Assembly: GCA_965223325.1 (NCBI GenBank)
Contig: CBDCWI010000001.1
Span: 2,016,001-2,080,000, forward strand
DNA from: Candidatus Multivoradales bacterium
Lineage (GTDB): Bacteria > Acidobacteriota > Thermoanaerobaculia > Multivoradales > Multivoraceae
DNA: 64,000 nucleotides
Reading direction: 5' to 3'
Below, in pieces: positions 9,890-19,108 of the stretch. The position numbers were made by a program, and so were the translations under genes. Below the pieces are notes generated by a model, which saw nothing but the letters and a program-made list of their open reading frames with translations, made no database searches and was not told the origin of the DNA. How positions within the stretch are numbered: position 1 is the stretch's first letter; every line of letters begins with the position of its first letter.

Positions 9890-10254
9890 GGAAAGGCGCG
9901 CGACGAACGTCGGAAGTCCAAGACCGCAACTGCAGGGCGACCTCCAAACGCCGGCGACCGCCCAACGGACCGCTTGCGCCTTTGCTCCTCTGAAAGCTCA
10001 AGTGACGGAGGCCGTGGTAACGACATCGCAATACACCATGGATTCAACAACGACCACCGACCAACGTGGCGCTACGGCATTGGAAAGGCGCGCGACGAAC
10101 GTCGGAAGTCCAAGACCGCAACTGCAGGGCGACCTCCAAACGCCGGCGACCGCCCAACGGACCGCTTGCGCCTTTGCTCCTCTGAAAGCTCAAGTGACGG
10201 AGGCCGTGGTAACGACATCGCAATACACCATGGATTCAACAACGACCACCGACC
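9890..10254. repeat. Direct repeat: two apparently identical 173-bp units (9890-10062, 10082-10254), period 192 bp
   Basis: Unit begins GGAAAGGCGCGCGACGAACGTCGG and ends GGATTCAACAACGACCACCGACC in both copies; overlapping spurious ORFs show the duplicated peptide. Confidence 0.95.
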
Positions 10255-10255
10255 G

Positions 10256-10350
10256 TCCCACACCACGAACCCCCAGCAACAGCGACAAACCACGGCCATG
10301 GATCCCACACCACGAACCCCCAGCAACAGCGACAAACCACGGCCATGGAT
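10256..10350. repeat. Tandem repeat, 2 x 47 bp
   Basis: TCCCACACCACGAACCCCCAGCAACAGCGACAAACCACGGCCATGGA at 10256 and 10303, immediately 3' of the ychF stop. Confidence 0.95.
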
Positions 10351-10354
10351 TCCG

Positions 10355-11455
10355 TCACACATTGAAGCGGAAGAGCAAGACATCGCCATCGGCAACCACG
10401 TACTCCTTGCCCTCGCTGCGCATCACACCTGCCTCGCGCGCTGCGGTCTCAGAACCGAGGCGCTCATAGTCCACGAACTTGATGGTCTCGGCACGAATGA
10501 AGCCGCGCTCGAAGTCGGTATGGATCACTCCCGCGGCCTGCGGAGCTTTGGTTCCCTTGCGAATCGTCCACGCACGGGACTCTTTCGGGCCGGCCGTGAA
10601 ATAGGTGATCAAGCCCAGCAGCTCGAAGGCCGCCCGGATCAAACGATGGAGTCCCGGTTCGAGGACTCCAGCCTCCTCGAGGAACAAGGCGCGCTCGTCG
10701 GGCTCGAGCTCGACGAGCTGGGCCTCGAACTCGGCCGACACTACGACCACTCCGGCTTCTTCCTCGGCGGCGATCGCACGCACGGCCTCGACATCGTCGT
10801 TGCCGTCAGCCACATCGCCCTCGGCAACGTTGGCGACGTAGAGAACCGGTTTGCCGGTGAGCAGGTGTGCCTGGCGCAGCCAGCTGCCCTCCTGGTCGTT
10901 CTTGGCGCCGAACAGGCGTGCAGGCTTGCCGTCACCGAGCCAGTCACGGAGAGCTTCGGCGTAGGCCAGTTCGGCCTTGGCTTCGGGGGCTGCAGTCTTT
11001 GCGGCGCGCTGCGCACGATCGACCCACTTCTCAGCCGTTTCAAGGTCCTTGAGCAACAACTCGGTCTCAATGATCTCGATGTCGCGCGCCGGGTCGACCG
11101 AACCTTCGACGTGCGTCACGTTTCCATCTTCGAAGCAACGCACGACGTGCGCTAAGGCATCGGTCTCGCGAACGTGTGACAGGAACTTGTTCCCCAGCCC
11201 TTCACCCTTTGAGGCACCGGCGACCAGACCAGCGATATCAACGAACTCGAAGACTGCCGGCAAGGCCTTTGCTGAACCCGCCAACTCCGCCAGGCGCGTC
11301 AGGCGTCTGTCGGGCACGGCCACTACACCGACATTCGGCTCGATGGTGCAAAACGGGTAGTTCGCGGCCTCGGCGTTACCCGACTCGCTGAGAGCATTGA
11401 AGAGGGTGCTTTTGCCGACATTGGGAAGGCCGACGATTCCGACACGCAGAGACAT
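10355..11455 (-). CDS. ychF: Redox-regulated ribosome-binding ATPase YchF
   Basis: GIVGLPNVGKSTLFN, ANYPFCTIEPN, DIAGLV..ASKGEGLGNKFL, C-terminal EGKEYVVADGD..FRFNV. Confidence 0.98.
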   Translation of the reverse strand: MSLRVGIVGLPNVGKSTLFNALSESGNAEAANYPFCTIEPNVGVVAVPDRRLTRLAELAGSAKALPAVFEFVDIAGLVAGASKGEGLGNKFLSHVRETDALAHVVRCFEDGNVTHVEGSVDPARDIEIIETELLLKDLETAEKWVDRAQRAAKTAAPEAKAELAYAEALRDWLGDGKPARLFGAKNDQEGSWLRQAHLLTGKPVLYVANVAEGDVADGNDDVEAVRAIAAEEEAGVVVVSAEFEAQLVELEPDERALFLEEAGVLEPGLHRLIRAAFELLGLITYFTAGPKESRAWTIRKGTKAPQAAGVIHTDFERGFIRAETIKFVDYERLGSETAAREAGVMRSEGKEYVVADGDVLLFRFNV

Positions 11456-11608
11456 GGTTCTGGCCTCGAGAGAAAGAAAATGGGCACCGGGTCCAGCTGG
11501 CCAAAAGGGGAATCGAGAGGCGGCGGCCCAGAGTTGCGGGCCGGACTCTATAAGAGGGCGCGGCCCCCCGCGCGTTCGATCTATCTCGGATCGATCTCGA
11601 CTGGCCGT

Positions 11609-13189
11609 CTACCGTCCCGAACCGGGCCGGTCGTAACGCGCCGGCACACCTTCACCCGGCATCGAGCCCTCGATGAACTCGCGGATGTGCTGGTTCGACG
11701 GCCCGAGATCCTCGGCGCGCAGGTACATCATGTGCCCACTCTTGTAGCCCTCGAAGCGCATGCGGTCGCGTAGACGTCCGCTCTTATCCAGGTTCCACAA
11801 GACGTACTTGGCAGTGAAGTAGTCGGTCGCGCCATCGTAGTAGCCCGACTGCACCATCACCTGCAGGTACGGGTTCTGCGCCATCGCCTGGCGAAGCTCC
11901 TCGGCGACATTGGTATCGCGCCCTTCCCAGGGGTGGACGGGGCCGAAGAGGTAGTACTGCAGGTCGGTCTCGAAGCCCAGCTCGTCTCGCAGGTAGTGAT
12001 TGATCGCCGGCGCAAATGCATGGTTCCAGGCCGTGAGCTCCGCCGGGTAGTCGTACTGCTCGCCGGCGTTCTTGCTGTCGACACCGAGATAGCGCGAGTC
12101 GAGCCGACCGATGGTGAAGCCCTCTTCACGCAAGAGCTCTTTCCAGAAGGCCTGGACCGGCACCGCCAGGTTGTGATCGAGGACATACGACGTCTCGAGC
12201 CCTGCGAACCGCGCCACCTCACCGGCAATGCGCTGGCGCTCACCCTCGTCGAGAAAACCGCCGCGCGCGAGCGCCGGCAGGTACTGCTCGATGGTGAACT
12301 TCTCGGCCAGGTCGAGCGCATCGGTGAGCTCCATCTGCTGGAGCTCGGTCCCGAGTTGACCGTGGTAGTGCGCCGCAGCGGTGTAGTACGGCAGCTTGAG
12401 GAGCGGCGAACGCGGCGCCGGGCCTTCAGCCTCTAGACCCAGACCGGTAGGCGAAACCAGCACCACCCCGTTCAAATACATCCAATGACGGTCCTGCAAG
12501 GTGGCCGCGAGGCCCGAGACACGTGTTGTGCCGTAACTCTCACCGATCAGGTACTTCGGCGAGCGCCAGCGGTCATGGCGCGACACAAAGACATCGAGCC
12601 AATCGGCAAGGTAGGTCACGTCAGCCTCGACGCCGAAGAACATCTCGCGGTCGACTTCCTCGTCGAGAATGCGAGAGAAGCCGGTGTTCACAGGGTTCAC
12701 ATAGACGATGTCAGCAACATCGAGGATCGAGTGTGGGTTGTCGCGTACGCCGTAGGGCTGCACCGGATGCCCTTCGTCGTCGATCATGAGTTGCTTGGGG
12801 CTGGTGTAGCCGAGATGCATCCACAGCGATCCAGAGCCCGGGCCACCATTGAACGAGATCACCAGCGGGCGTCGGGCCCGGTCGTCGATGCCGGAACGTT
12901 CGTAGAAGGTGTAGTGAAGCGACGCGACGGCGACGCCCTTCTCGCCGTAGACCGGCTGCGTTCCCAGAGTGACGCGATAGGGAACACGCTCGCCACCGAT
13001 CGCGACCTCGGCCTCGTGAGTGATCGCCATGTCGGCTGGCAGCTTGCGTTCGGGAAGACCCGCATCGCTCGTTTCTTCGGCGGCTAGCGAGCCCGCGGTT
13101 GCACAGAGCATCGCAGCGACGACCAGGGGCAGTGCCAGAAGTGGGGTTCTCGTTCGGGCGCGCGCCCACTCGGGTCTCGTTGTGTCCAT
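11609..13189 (-). CDS. Secreted S10-family serine carboxypeptidase
   Basis: FNGGPGSGS, GESYG nucleophile, GYYD and SGHMMY motifs; start moved to ATG 13189 (MDTT..., AGAGGA upstream, signal peptide follows). Confidence 0.9.
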   Translation of the reverse strand: MDTTRPEWARARTRTPLLALPLVVAAMLCATAGSLAAEETSDAGLPERKLPADMAITHEAEVAIGGERVPYRVTLGTQPVYGEKGVAVASLHYTFYERSGIDDRARRPLVISFNGGPGSGSLWMHLGYTSPKQLMIDDEGHPVQPYGVRDNPHSILDVADIVYVNPVNTGFSRILDEEVDREMFFGVEADVTYLADWLDVFVSRHDRWRSPKYLIGESYGTTRVSGLAATLQDRHWMYLNGVVLVSPTGLGLEAEGPAPRSPLLKLPYYTAAAHYHGQLGTELQQMELTDALDLAEKFTIEQYLPALARGGFLDEGERQRIAGEVARFAGLETSYVLDHNLAVPVQAFWKELLREEGFTIGRLDSRYLGVDSKNAGEQYDYPAELTAWNHAFAPAINHYLRDELGFETDLQYYLFGPVHPWEGRDTNVAEELRQAMAQNPYLQVMVQSGYYDGATDYFTAKYVLWNLDKSGRLRDRMRFEGYKSGHMMYLRAEDLGPSNQHIREFIEGSMPGEGVPARYDRPGSGR

Positions 13190-13342
13190 CGGGTCGATTC
13201 CTCTCTGTTCTCTGAAGTCAACAGTCTCGACTCCGCGCAGGGGCCCTGGGGGTTCGCGGGAGTTCAAGCTGCAGGATACCCGGGCACCGAAACGCCGCGG
13301 AGGCGCCACGTGAGCGACACAAAAAGGGTTCACAGTTCCGTC

Positions 13343-14416
13343 ATGGATCTACTCTGGAACGGCCTCTTCTGCGGCGCCCTGATCGCCTCCAGCCTCGCCC
13401 TCCCCCACACGAGGAAGCAGGGTCCAATGACCCTGATCGTTGTCGTGAGTCGGCTGGCACCGGTAGCCGGCGCCTGGCTTCTCGCGCCGTTCATTGCCCG
13501 AGATCCCTTTGCGCTGCTCCGCCTGCTGTCGTGGACGCTGTTCGTACACCTTCCGATTCTCCTTCTCCTGATTGCGGCCCTCTACCGCCGACGCCGCGCT
13601 ACCGCGGGTGCCCTCACCGTGGCTGCATTCACACTTGTCGCGATCGGCTACTGGGCGTTCCGCGTTGAGCCCGAGAGGCTCGAGATCACTCGCATTGACG
13701 TCGAGGCCCGAGAGATCGGAAAACCCATCACGGTAACGGTCCTCGCGGACTTTCAGACTGACCGAATCGGCGCCTATGAGCGCCGGGTCCTCACGTCGTT
13801 GGCGGCCACCCGGGCCGACATCGTCCTCCTGACTGGCGACGTTCTCCAGGTCGAAGCGCGTCGGCGCGCGTCACTGCGCGAGAGTTTTCAAAGCGCCTGG
13901 CGCGAAGCCGGCATCGACCCGCCCCTCGGAGCCTTCGCGGTGCAGGGCAACACCGACCCCTCCACATGGCACCGCCTGTACGAAGGTCTCCCGGTGACAC
14001 CGCTCGAAGACGAAGCGGCTATCTCAGCCGCGCTCGCCGCCCAGGGACTCGAGCTGCACGGCCTCAGCCTGGCGGAGAGCTTCAAGACCAGGTCACGCCT
14101 CTTGCCCTCACCCTCGGCCAGGTCGCCGTTTCGGATCGTCTTCGGTCATGGCCCTGACTTCGCATTGGGGCTTGGTGGCGCCGACCTTCTGATCGCCGGC
14201 CACACCCACGGCGGGCAGGTCCAATTGCCTTGGATCGGACCCTTGATCACCTTCTCGAGGGTGCCAAGGTCCTGGGCCAGTGGAGTGACGGAGATCCCCT
14301 ATGGTGGAACTCTCGTCGTCTCTCGGGGCACTGGTCTCGAGCGCGGCAACGCTCCTCGACTTCGCTTCCTGTGTCGTCCAGAGATCGTGGTGATCGACCT
14401 CTTGCCCTCATCTTGA
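13343..14416 (+). CDS. Membrane-anchored calcineurin-like metallophosphoesterase
   Basis: N-terminal TM helices; 'LTGD', 'GNTD', 'HGPD', 'GHTHGGQV', 'VSRGTG...R..CRPEI' motifs. Start 13343 preferred over 13310. Confidence 0.85.
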   Translation: MDLLWNGLFCGALIASSLALPHTRKQGPMTLIVVVSRLAPVAGAWLLAPFIARDPFALLRLLSWTLFVHLPILLLLIAALYRRRRATAGALTVAAFTLVAIGYWAFRVEPERLEITRIDVEAREIGKPITVTVLADFQTDRIGAYERRVLTSLAATRADIVLLTGDVLQVEARRRASLRESFQSAWREAGIDPPLGAFAVQGNTDPSTWHRLYEGLPVTPLEDEAAISAALAAQGLELHGLSLAESFKTRSRLLPSPSARSPFRIVFGHGPDFALGLGGADLLIAGHTHGGQVQLPWIGPLITFSRVPRSWASGVTEIPYGGTLVVSRGTGLERGNAPRLRFLCRPEIVVIDLLPSS

Positions 14417-14520
14417 CCCTGGGGTCGAGGCCACGCGTCCGTGCGAGGACTGCCGGGCAGACGCGGTAACCTGACGACTCCCCCACTGCTAGCTCATTCC
14501 ATTCCTCGGAGGTACAGCTC

Positions 14521-15369
14521 ATGAGCCGCATCAACCCTCTCTCAGCCGGCTACGCGATCGCGGTCCTGGTTCTCGCCGCCCTCGCCTTGATCGGCGCCCG
14601 CTTCGCCGCGACCGGTATTCCGGTGAACCCGACAAAGGGCGACGCCTTGCCGCCGGCGATTATCGGCGAGGCCGCGCCGCTGGCGGGCGAGGCCGTTGCC
14701 TACTTCGCCGACAACGCCAAAGCCCAGGGCTACCTGGCGGTTCCCGAAGGCGACGGCCCGTTTCCGTCGGTGATCTTGATTCACGAGTGGAACGGTCTGG
14801 TCGACCGGGTGCGCGAGACCGCCGACTCGTTCGCCGCGGAGGGCTACGTCGCACTGGCTGCTGACCTCTACAGCGGCCGCACCGGGAGCAACCCGAAGGA
14901 GAACATGGAGCTGGTTCAGGAAACGCTCGCCAACCAGGGCATGATCATCAAGAACCTCGACGCGGCGGTGAAGTTCCTCCGTGACCGCCCCGACACGACG
15001 GACAAGGTCGGCACGATCGGGTGGTGCTACGGCGGCGGGGTGGCGTTCTCCTACGCGCTCGGCGGTGAACATCACGACGCAACCGCGATCTTCTACGGTC
15101 GCCTGCTAGGAGACCCGGAAGCGATGGCCAAGATCGATCACCCGGTCTATGGAACGTTCGTCGAGAACGACCGCGGCATTCCGGTCGAGTCGGTCAATCG
15201 GTTCGTTGAAACGATGCGAGCGGCGGGAATCGAAAACGACGTCCACATCTACGACGAGGTCAACCACGGGTTCTGGCTGCACGTCGATCGTGACGCCGAG
15301 GCCAACACGCCGGCGGCCAAAGATGCGTGGAAGCGGCTCAAGGCCTACCTCCAGTCGACGCTCGGTTAG
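14521..15369 (+). CDS. Dienelactone hydrolase family protein
   Basis: 'IHEWNGL', GWCYGG nucleophile, 'HGF', 'DAWKR'; GGAGG RBS. Confidence 0.92.
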   Translation: MSRINPLSAGYAIAVLVLAALALIGARFAATGIPVNPTKGDALPPAIIGEAAPLAGEAVAYFADNAKAQGYLAVPEGDGPFPSVILIHEWNGLVDRVRETADSFAAEGYVALAADLYSGRTGSNPKENMELVQETLANQGMIIKNLDAAVKFLRDRPDTTDKVGTIGWCYGGGVAFSYALGGEHHDATAIFYGRLLGDPEAMAKIDHPVYGTFVENDRGIPVESVNRFVETMRAAGIENDVHIYDEVNHGFWLHVDRDAEANTPAAKDAWKRLKAYLQSTLG

Positions 15370-15389
15370 GAGCCCACCGGGGGCAGGGG

Positions 15390-16607
15390 CTAGTTGGCGA
15401 TAAAGGAGATGCCGGCGCGCTCGAGCCGTGGTTTGAGCGCCATGCCGATGGCGGTGGCGGGGGTGAGCACTCCGCCGGCCGTCTCGGGCAGGTCATCATC
15501 GAAGGCCAACGCCAGCGCCGACTCAGCGAGGCACTTGATGGTGATGCGATTGCCCGGGTCGCCCACTCCCTCCAGGCGACCGCGAAGCTTCGCGCCGTCT
15601 GTGGCGGTGGCGATCAGGTCGCATGAGAAAAAGCCACCGTCCATTGCCTTCTCCGAAGGGCCGCTGCCCGGCTCAGGCGCCACGCGTTCGAACACGCCGG
15701 CGAGACGCGGGACCTTCGTCAGCACTCCGGTCACCGCCTGAACGGTCGCCAGCGAACCGGTTTCGAGCCAGCCGAGGAGCCCGCCCGACTGCCAGTACTC
15801 CTGGTAGGCGAACTCGGGGCCGTAGCCGCTGCCTTCGAGCTGCCGCAGCGCATGGCTGCGACGGACGACGCGGGTGTTGATCGCGCCCATGAAGAAGGGC
15901 GCCGTCCAGGCACCGAACTCGCTATCCCACGATGGGAGGACCGGATCTCGGTGTGGCGCTACACGCTCCGGGCGCGTGCCGGCGGGGTTGAGCAGGAAGG
16001 GGTCCTCGAGCTGCTTGGTGAGCCCGTCGCGCTGGATCGCAACCAGGGACGCGACCGTACCGCCGTTGACTCCGCCCTTGCCGCGATGAAAGGCCCGCAC
16101 CGATGTGCAAGCCTGGCTAGTTTCCTGTCGCAGGCGCTCGACCATCCAGAGCGTGCCGAGATCGGAAGGGACCGAGTCGTAGCCACAGAAGGGCACCACC
16201 CGCGCACCGTTCCCGCTGGCGGTGTCGTGAAAGCGGTCGATCACCGAGCGTATCCAGGGTGTCTCGCCAGTGATGTCGGCGTAGTGAACCCCCGCTTCGG
16301 CACACGCACGCACCAGCTCGTCGCCGTACTTGGCGAACGGACCCGCCGTCGTCATGACGACGCGCGCCTGCGCCACCAGGGCTTCGATCGCCGCCCCGTC
16401 TTTCCCGTCCGCCACGATCAGACCGTCGGCAGCCGTCTCCGACGCGATCTTCTCGAGGCGCTCCTTGGAACGCCCGGCTACCGCGAACCGAAACGAACGG
16501 CGATCGGGATGCTCGGCCAGGTAGTGGGCCGCCTGCCGTCCGGTGAACCCGGTGGCACCCTGTAGGACGATGTCGAAGTTCTTTCGAAGAGCTGGCGAGT
16601 TGGTCAT
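15390..16607 (-). CDS. Saccharopine dehydrogenase-like NAD(P)-dependent oxidoreductase
   Basis: GATGFTG, 'AGR', 'TTAGPF..YG', 'YADITGE', 'CGYDSVPSDLG', 'GDPGN', 'GGVLTPA'. Confidence 0.9.
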   Translation of the reverse strand: MTNSPALRKNFDIVLQGATGFTGRQAAHYLAEHPDRRSFRFAVAGRSKERLEKIASETAADGLIVADGKDGAAIEALVAQARVVMTTAGPFAKYGDELVRACAEAGVHYADITGETPWIRSVIDRFHDTASGNGARVVPFCGYDSVPSDLGTLWMVERLRQETSQACTSVRAFHRGKGGVNGGTVASLVAIQRDGLTKQLEDPFLLNPAGTRPERVAPHRDPVLPSWDSEFGAWTAPFFMGAINTRVVRRSHALRQLEGSGYGPEFAYQEYWQSGGLLGWLETGSLATVQAVTGVLTKVPRLAGVFERVAPEPGSGPSEKAMDGGFFSCDLIATATDGAKLRGRLEGVGDPGNRITIKCLAESALALAFDDDLPETAGGVLTPATAIGMALKPRLERAGISFIAN

Positions 16608-16680
16608 GGCGCCACTCTACGGCAGAGTACGATGGCGAGAACGATCAACGATGAGAGAGCCATTCACGGAGGGCACTACG

Positions 16681-17820
16681 ATGAGTGAAGAAGTTCGGCC
16701 GCACGAAATCCGTGTCAGCGAGGCCGCGATCGCCGACCTTCGTCGTCGTCTCGAGGCAACACGCTGGCCCGAGAAGGAGACCGTCGACGATTGGACACAG
16801 GGCACACCGCTCGCCTACCTGCAGGAAGTCTGCACCTACTGGGCGAACGGGTACGACATGCAGCGACTGGCGAAACGCTTTGCGCCGTACGAGTCCTTCG
16901 TGACCGAGATCGACGGCATCGACGTGCAGTTCTTCCACATCCGTTCGAACACCGATGGCGCCCGCCCGCTCGTCATCACCCACGGTTGGCCGGGTTCACA
17001 GGTCGAGTTCTTGAACGTCGTCGAACCGCTGATTGATCCGGTCGAGCACGGCGGTACCGACATTGACGCCTTCCATCTCGTTCTACCGTCGATGGTGGGC
17101 TACGGCTGGTCCGGCAAACCGACGACCAACGGGTGGTCGGTCGAGAAGATGGGCGATGCCTGGGCCATCTTGATGAAACGCCTGGGCTACACCGACTACT
17201 TCGCCCAGGGCGGAGACTGGGGCTCCGTGGTCACAACCGCGATCGGCATTCAGGACCCTGAGAACTGCGCCGGCATACACCTCAACATGGCACCCGTTCG
17301 CCCCGACCCCAGCACCATGGACAGCCTTACCGAGGCCGAGAAGAGTGCGCTGGCTGGTCTCCAGTACTACCAGGAGCACGATTCTGGCTATTCGAAGCAG
17401 CAGAGCACCAGACCACAGAGTGTTGGCTACGGCCTGGTCGACTCCCCGGCGGGCCTGGCTGGGTGGATCCTCGAGAAGTTCTGGGCGTGGACCGACTGCA
17501 ACGGCCATCCCGAAAACGTGCTCACCCGCGACGAGATGCTCGACAACCTGATGGTGTATTGGCTCAACGCTACCGGCGCGTCTTCCGCCCGCCTCTACTG
17601 GGAAAGCTTCGGTGGTGATCTGGCGGCCAAGGTGGAAACCCCGACCGGCGTCAGCGTGTTTCCGAAAGAGATCTTCAGAGCGTCACGGCGATGGCTCGAG
17701 CAGCGCTATACCAACTTGCACTACTTCAACGCGCTCGACTCGGGAGGCCACTTCGCAGCGATGGAGAAACCAGACGTGTTCATTGACGAGGTGCGTGCCG
17801 CTTTTCGCGGGCTCCGGTGA
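16681..17820 (+). CDS. Epoxide hydrolase (EHN domain plus alpha/beta hydrolase)
   Basis: 'DLRRRL..TRWP', HGWPGS, QGGDWG, GGHFAAME; GGAGG before ATG 16681 (16651 also possible). Confidence 0.93.
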   Translation: MSEEVRPHEIRVSEAAIADLRRRLEATRWPEKETVDDWTQGTPLAYLQEVCTYWANGYDMQRLAKRFAPYESFVTEIDGIDVQFFHIRSNTDGARPLVITHGWPGSQVEFLNVVEPLIDPVEHGGTDIDAFHLVLPSMVGYGWSGKPTTNGWSVEKMGDAWAILMKRLGYTDYFAQGGDWGSVVTTAIGIQDPENCAGIHLNMAPVRPDPSTMDSLTEAEKSALAGLQYYQEHDSGYSKQQSTRPQSVGYGLVDSPAGLAGWILEKFWAWTDCNGHPENVLTRDEMLDNLMVYWLNATGASSARLYWESFGGDLAAKVETPTGVSVFPKEIFRASRRWLEQRYTNLHYFNALDSGGHFAAMEKPDVFIDEVRAAFRGLR

Positions 17821-17890
17821 GTCATCCTGCGGGCTCCAACACTCACCAGCAGGACGCCCTTGGTGCTTCAAAACAGAGGAGGAGATCTCA

Positions 17891-18973
17891 ATGGAGATTC
17901 GGGAGAGACACCATTCAGCCATCGCAGTGGTCGCAACGGCCTTTCTACTGAACCTTCCCGCCGCATCGGCTCAGCAGCCGGTGACGGCCGGCGCTCTTCC
18001 TGCGCAGCCGGCCGCAGACCTTCGTAGCCCGCTCCCGAAACCCGAGGCCCCGATCATCGTCACGTTCCAGGGCACGGCCAGCGGAATGCTGGACGGGGCA
18101 GCCTTCTCCCCGACTGAGTTCGTCATCACCGCCACTGGCCGGTTGTCGTCGCGCTCGCAGCAGGAGCTCTCCTGGCTCATGGCGAACGACTCGGCGAGTG
18201 TGACTCTCGGAGGCATCGGCTCCTATGACTTCGTCACGCCCTCTGAGATCTGGATCACCGGTGGGGCGACCGGATTCCGACCGGCAGGTGCTTTTGACAG
18301 GACCAACTTCTCGGGAGCGGGGATTTCCGAGTGGCACGGAACGACTCCGATCGGGCCGCTGACGGGCGAGATCATGAATACACAGTGGGGGAACACGAGC
18401 TTCGAGACGACGGGAGGAACACTCTTCTTGGACGCGGCGCTCGGAAGCGGCACGTTCGAAGCGCGAATTCCGCAAGCGATTGTCTACTTCTACTCCGGCG
18501 AGGCATCCGGTGTGCTCGACGGCTCGCCGTTTTCGACCACACCGATCTTGATCACCGCGACGAGCGTCGCTCCGGAACGCCTCTATGAACCCGGTCTCTG
18601 GACCAGCGAGAACTCCGCTACGCTCGTCGAGCTCGACGGGCTTGGCGTGTTCGAGATCATCGACGGGACGTCGAGCTTCGTGAACAACACCGTCCAACTT
18701 GGGGGCATTTCCACCGCAGGAGGTCTCGATCTCCTCGGCGGACCGACGAACGCGGCCCTCGAGTCCTGGTATATGACCTCCTCGATAGGCCCGCTCACCG
18801 GCGGCGGAGGCTACATTCAAACCGTCGGCGTCAACACCACCGGTGGCTCGCTCCAACTGGACGCGGCGGACGGCCTCGCGAACCTCCTATTCTCGGCCGT
18901 GATCCCCGATGTCCTCTTCGCGGACGAGTTCGAGACCGAGAACCTGAGCGCCTGGTCGACCTCAAAACCCTGA
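17891..18973 (+). CDS. Secreted protein with two internal beta-rich repeats and a C-terminal 'LFADEFE...AWS' motif
   Basis: GAGGAGGAG RBS, ATG 17891, signal peptide ending ASA-Q; repeats 'FQGTASGMLDGAAFS..FVITAT' and 'YSGEASGVLDGSPFS..ILITAT', each followed by 'W..T..IGPLTG...TTGG.L.LDAA'. Confidence 0.8.
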   Translation: MEIRERHHSAIAVVATAFLLNLPAASAQQPVTAGALPAQPAADLRSPLPKPEAPIIVTFQGTASGMLDGAAFSPTEFVITATGRLSSRSQQELSWLMANDSASVTLGGIGSYDFVTPSEIWITGGATGFRPAGAFDRTNFSGAGISEWHGTTPIGPLTGEIMNTQWGNTSFETTGGTLFLDAALGSGTFEARIPQAIVYFYSGEASGVLDGSPFSTTPILITATSVAPERLYEPGLWTSENSATLVELDGLGVFEIIDGTSSFVNNTVQLGGISTAGGLDLLGGPTNAALESWYMTSSIGPLTGGGGYIQTVGVNTTGGSLQLDAADGLANLLFSAVIPDVLFADEFETENLSAWSTSKP

Positions 18974-19108
18974 ACGCCCAACCGCGACCCGGGTGAGGAC
19001 CCCGGGTAACGTACCGAAGAGGGCCGAGGCAGCGGCGCGAAGACGCCTCGAACCCCACCAACAAGGCTCAACTCAAGAACCCGAGTCGCGGGGCTCGAGC
19101 CGTCTCAA

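Noticed and set aside
9890-10062. Hammerhead ribozyme or known riboswitch in the repeat unit
   Set aside because: CTGAAAG does not match the CUGANGA core and I recognise no other riboswitch consensus by eye; an Rfam scan is needed.
9890-10350. Possible CRISPR array
   Set aside because: Only two copies of each unit, unit lengths of 173 and 47 bp, no repeat-spacer periodicity and no cas genes in the window.
9716-11155. Long plus-strand ORFs (479 aa, 222 aa) containing repeated peptides
   Set aside because: They are translations of the non-coding repeats plus the antisense of ychF; no RBS or protein-like composition.
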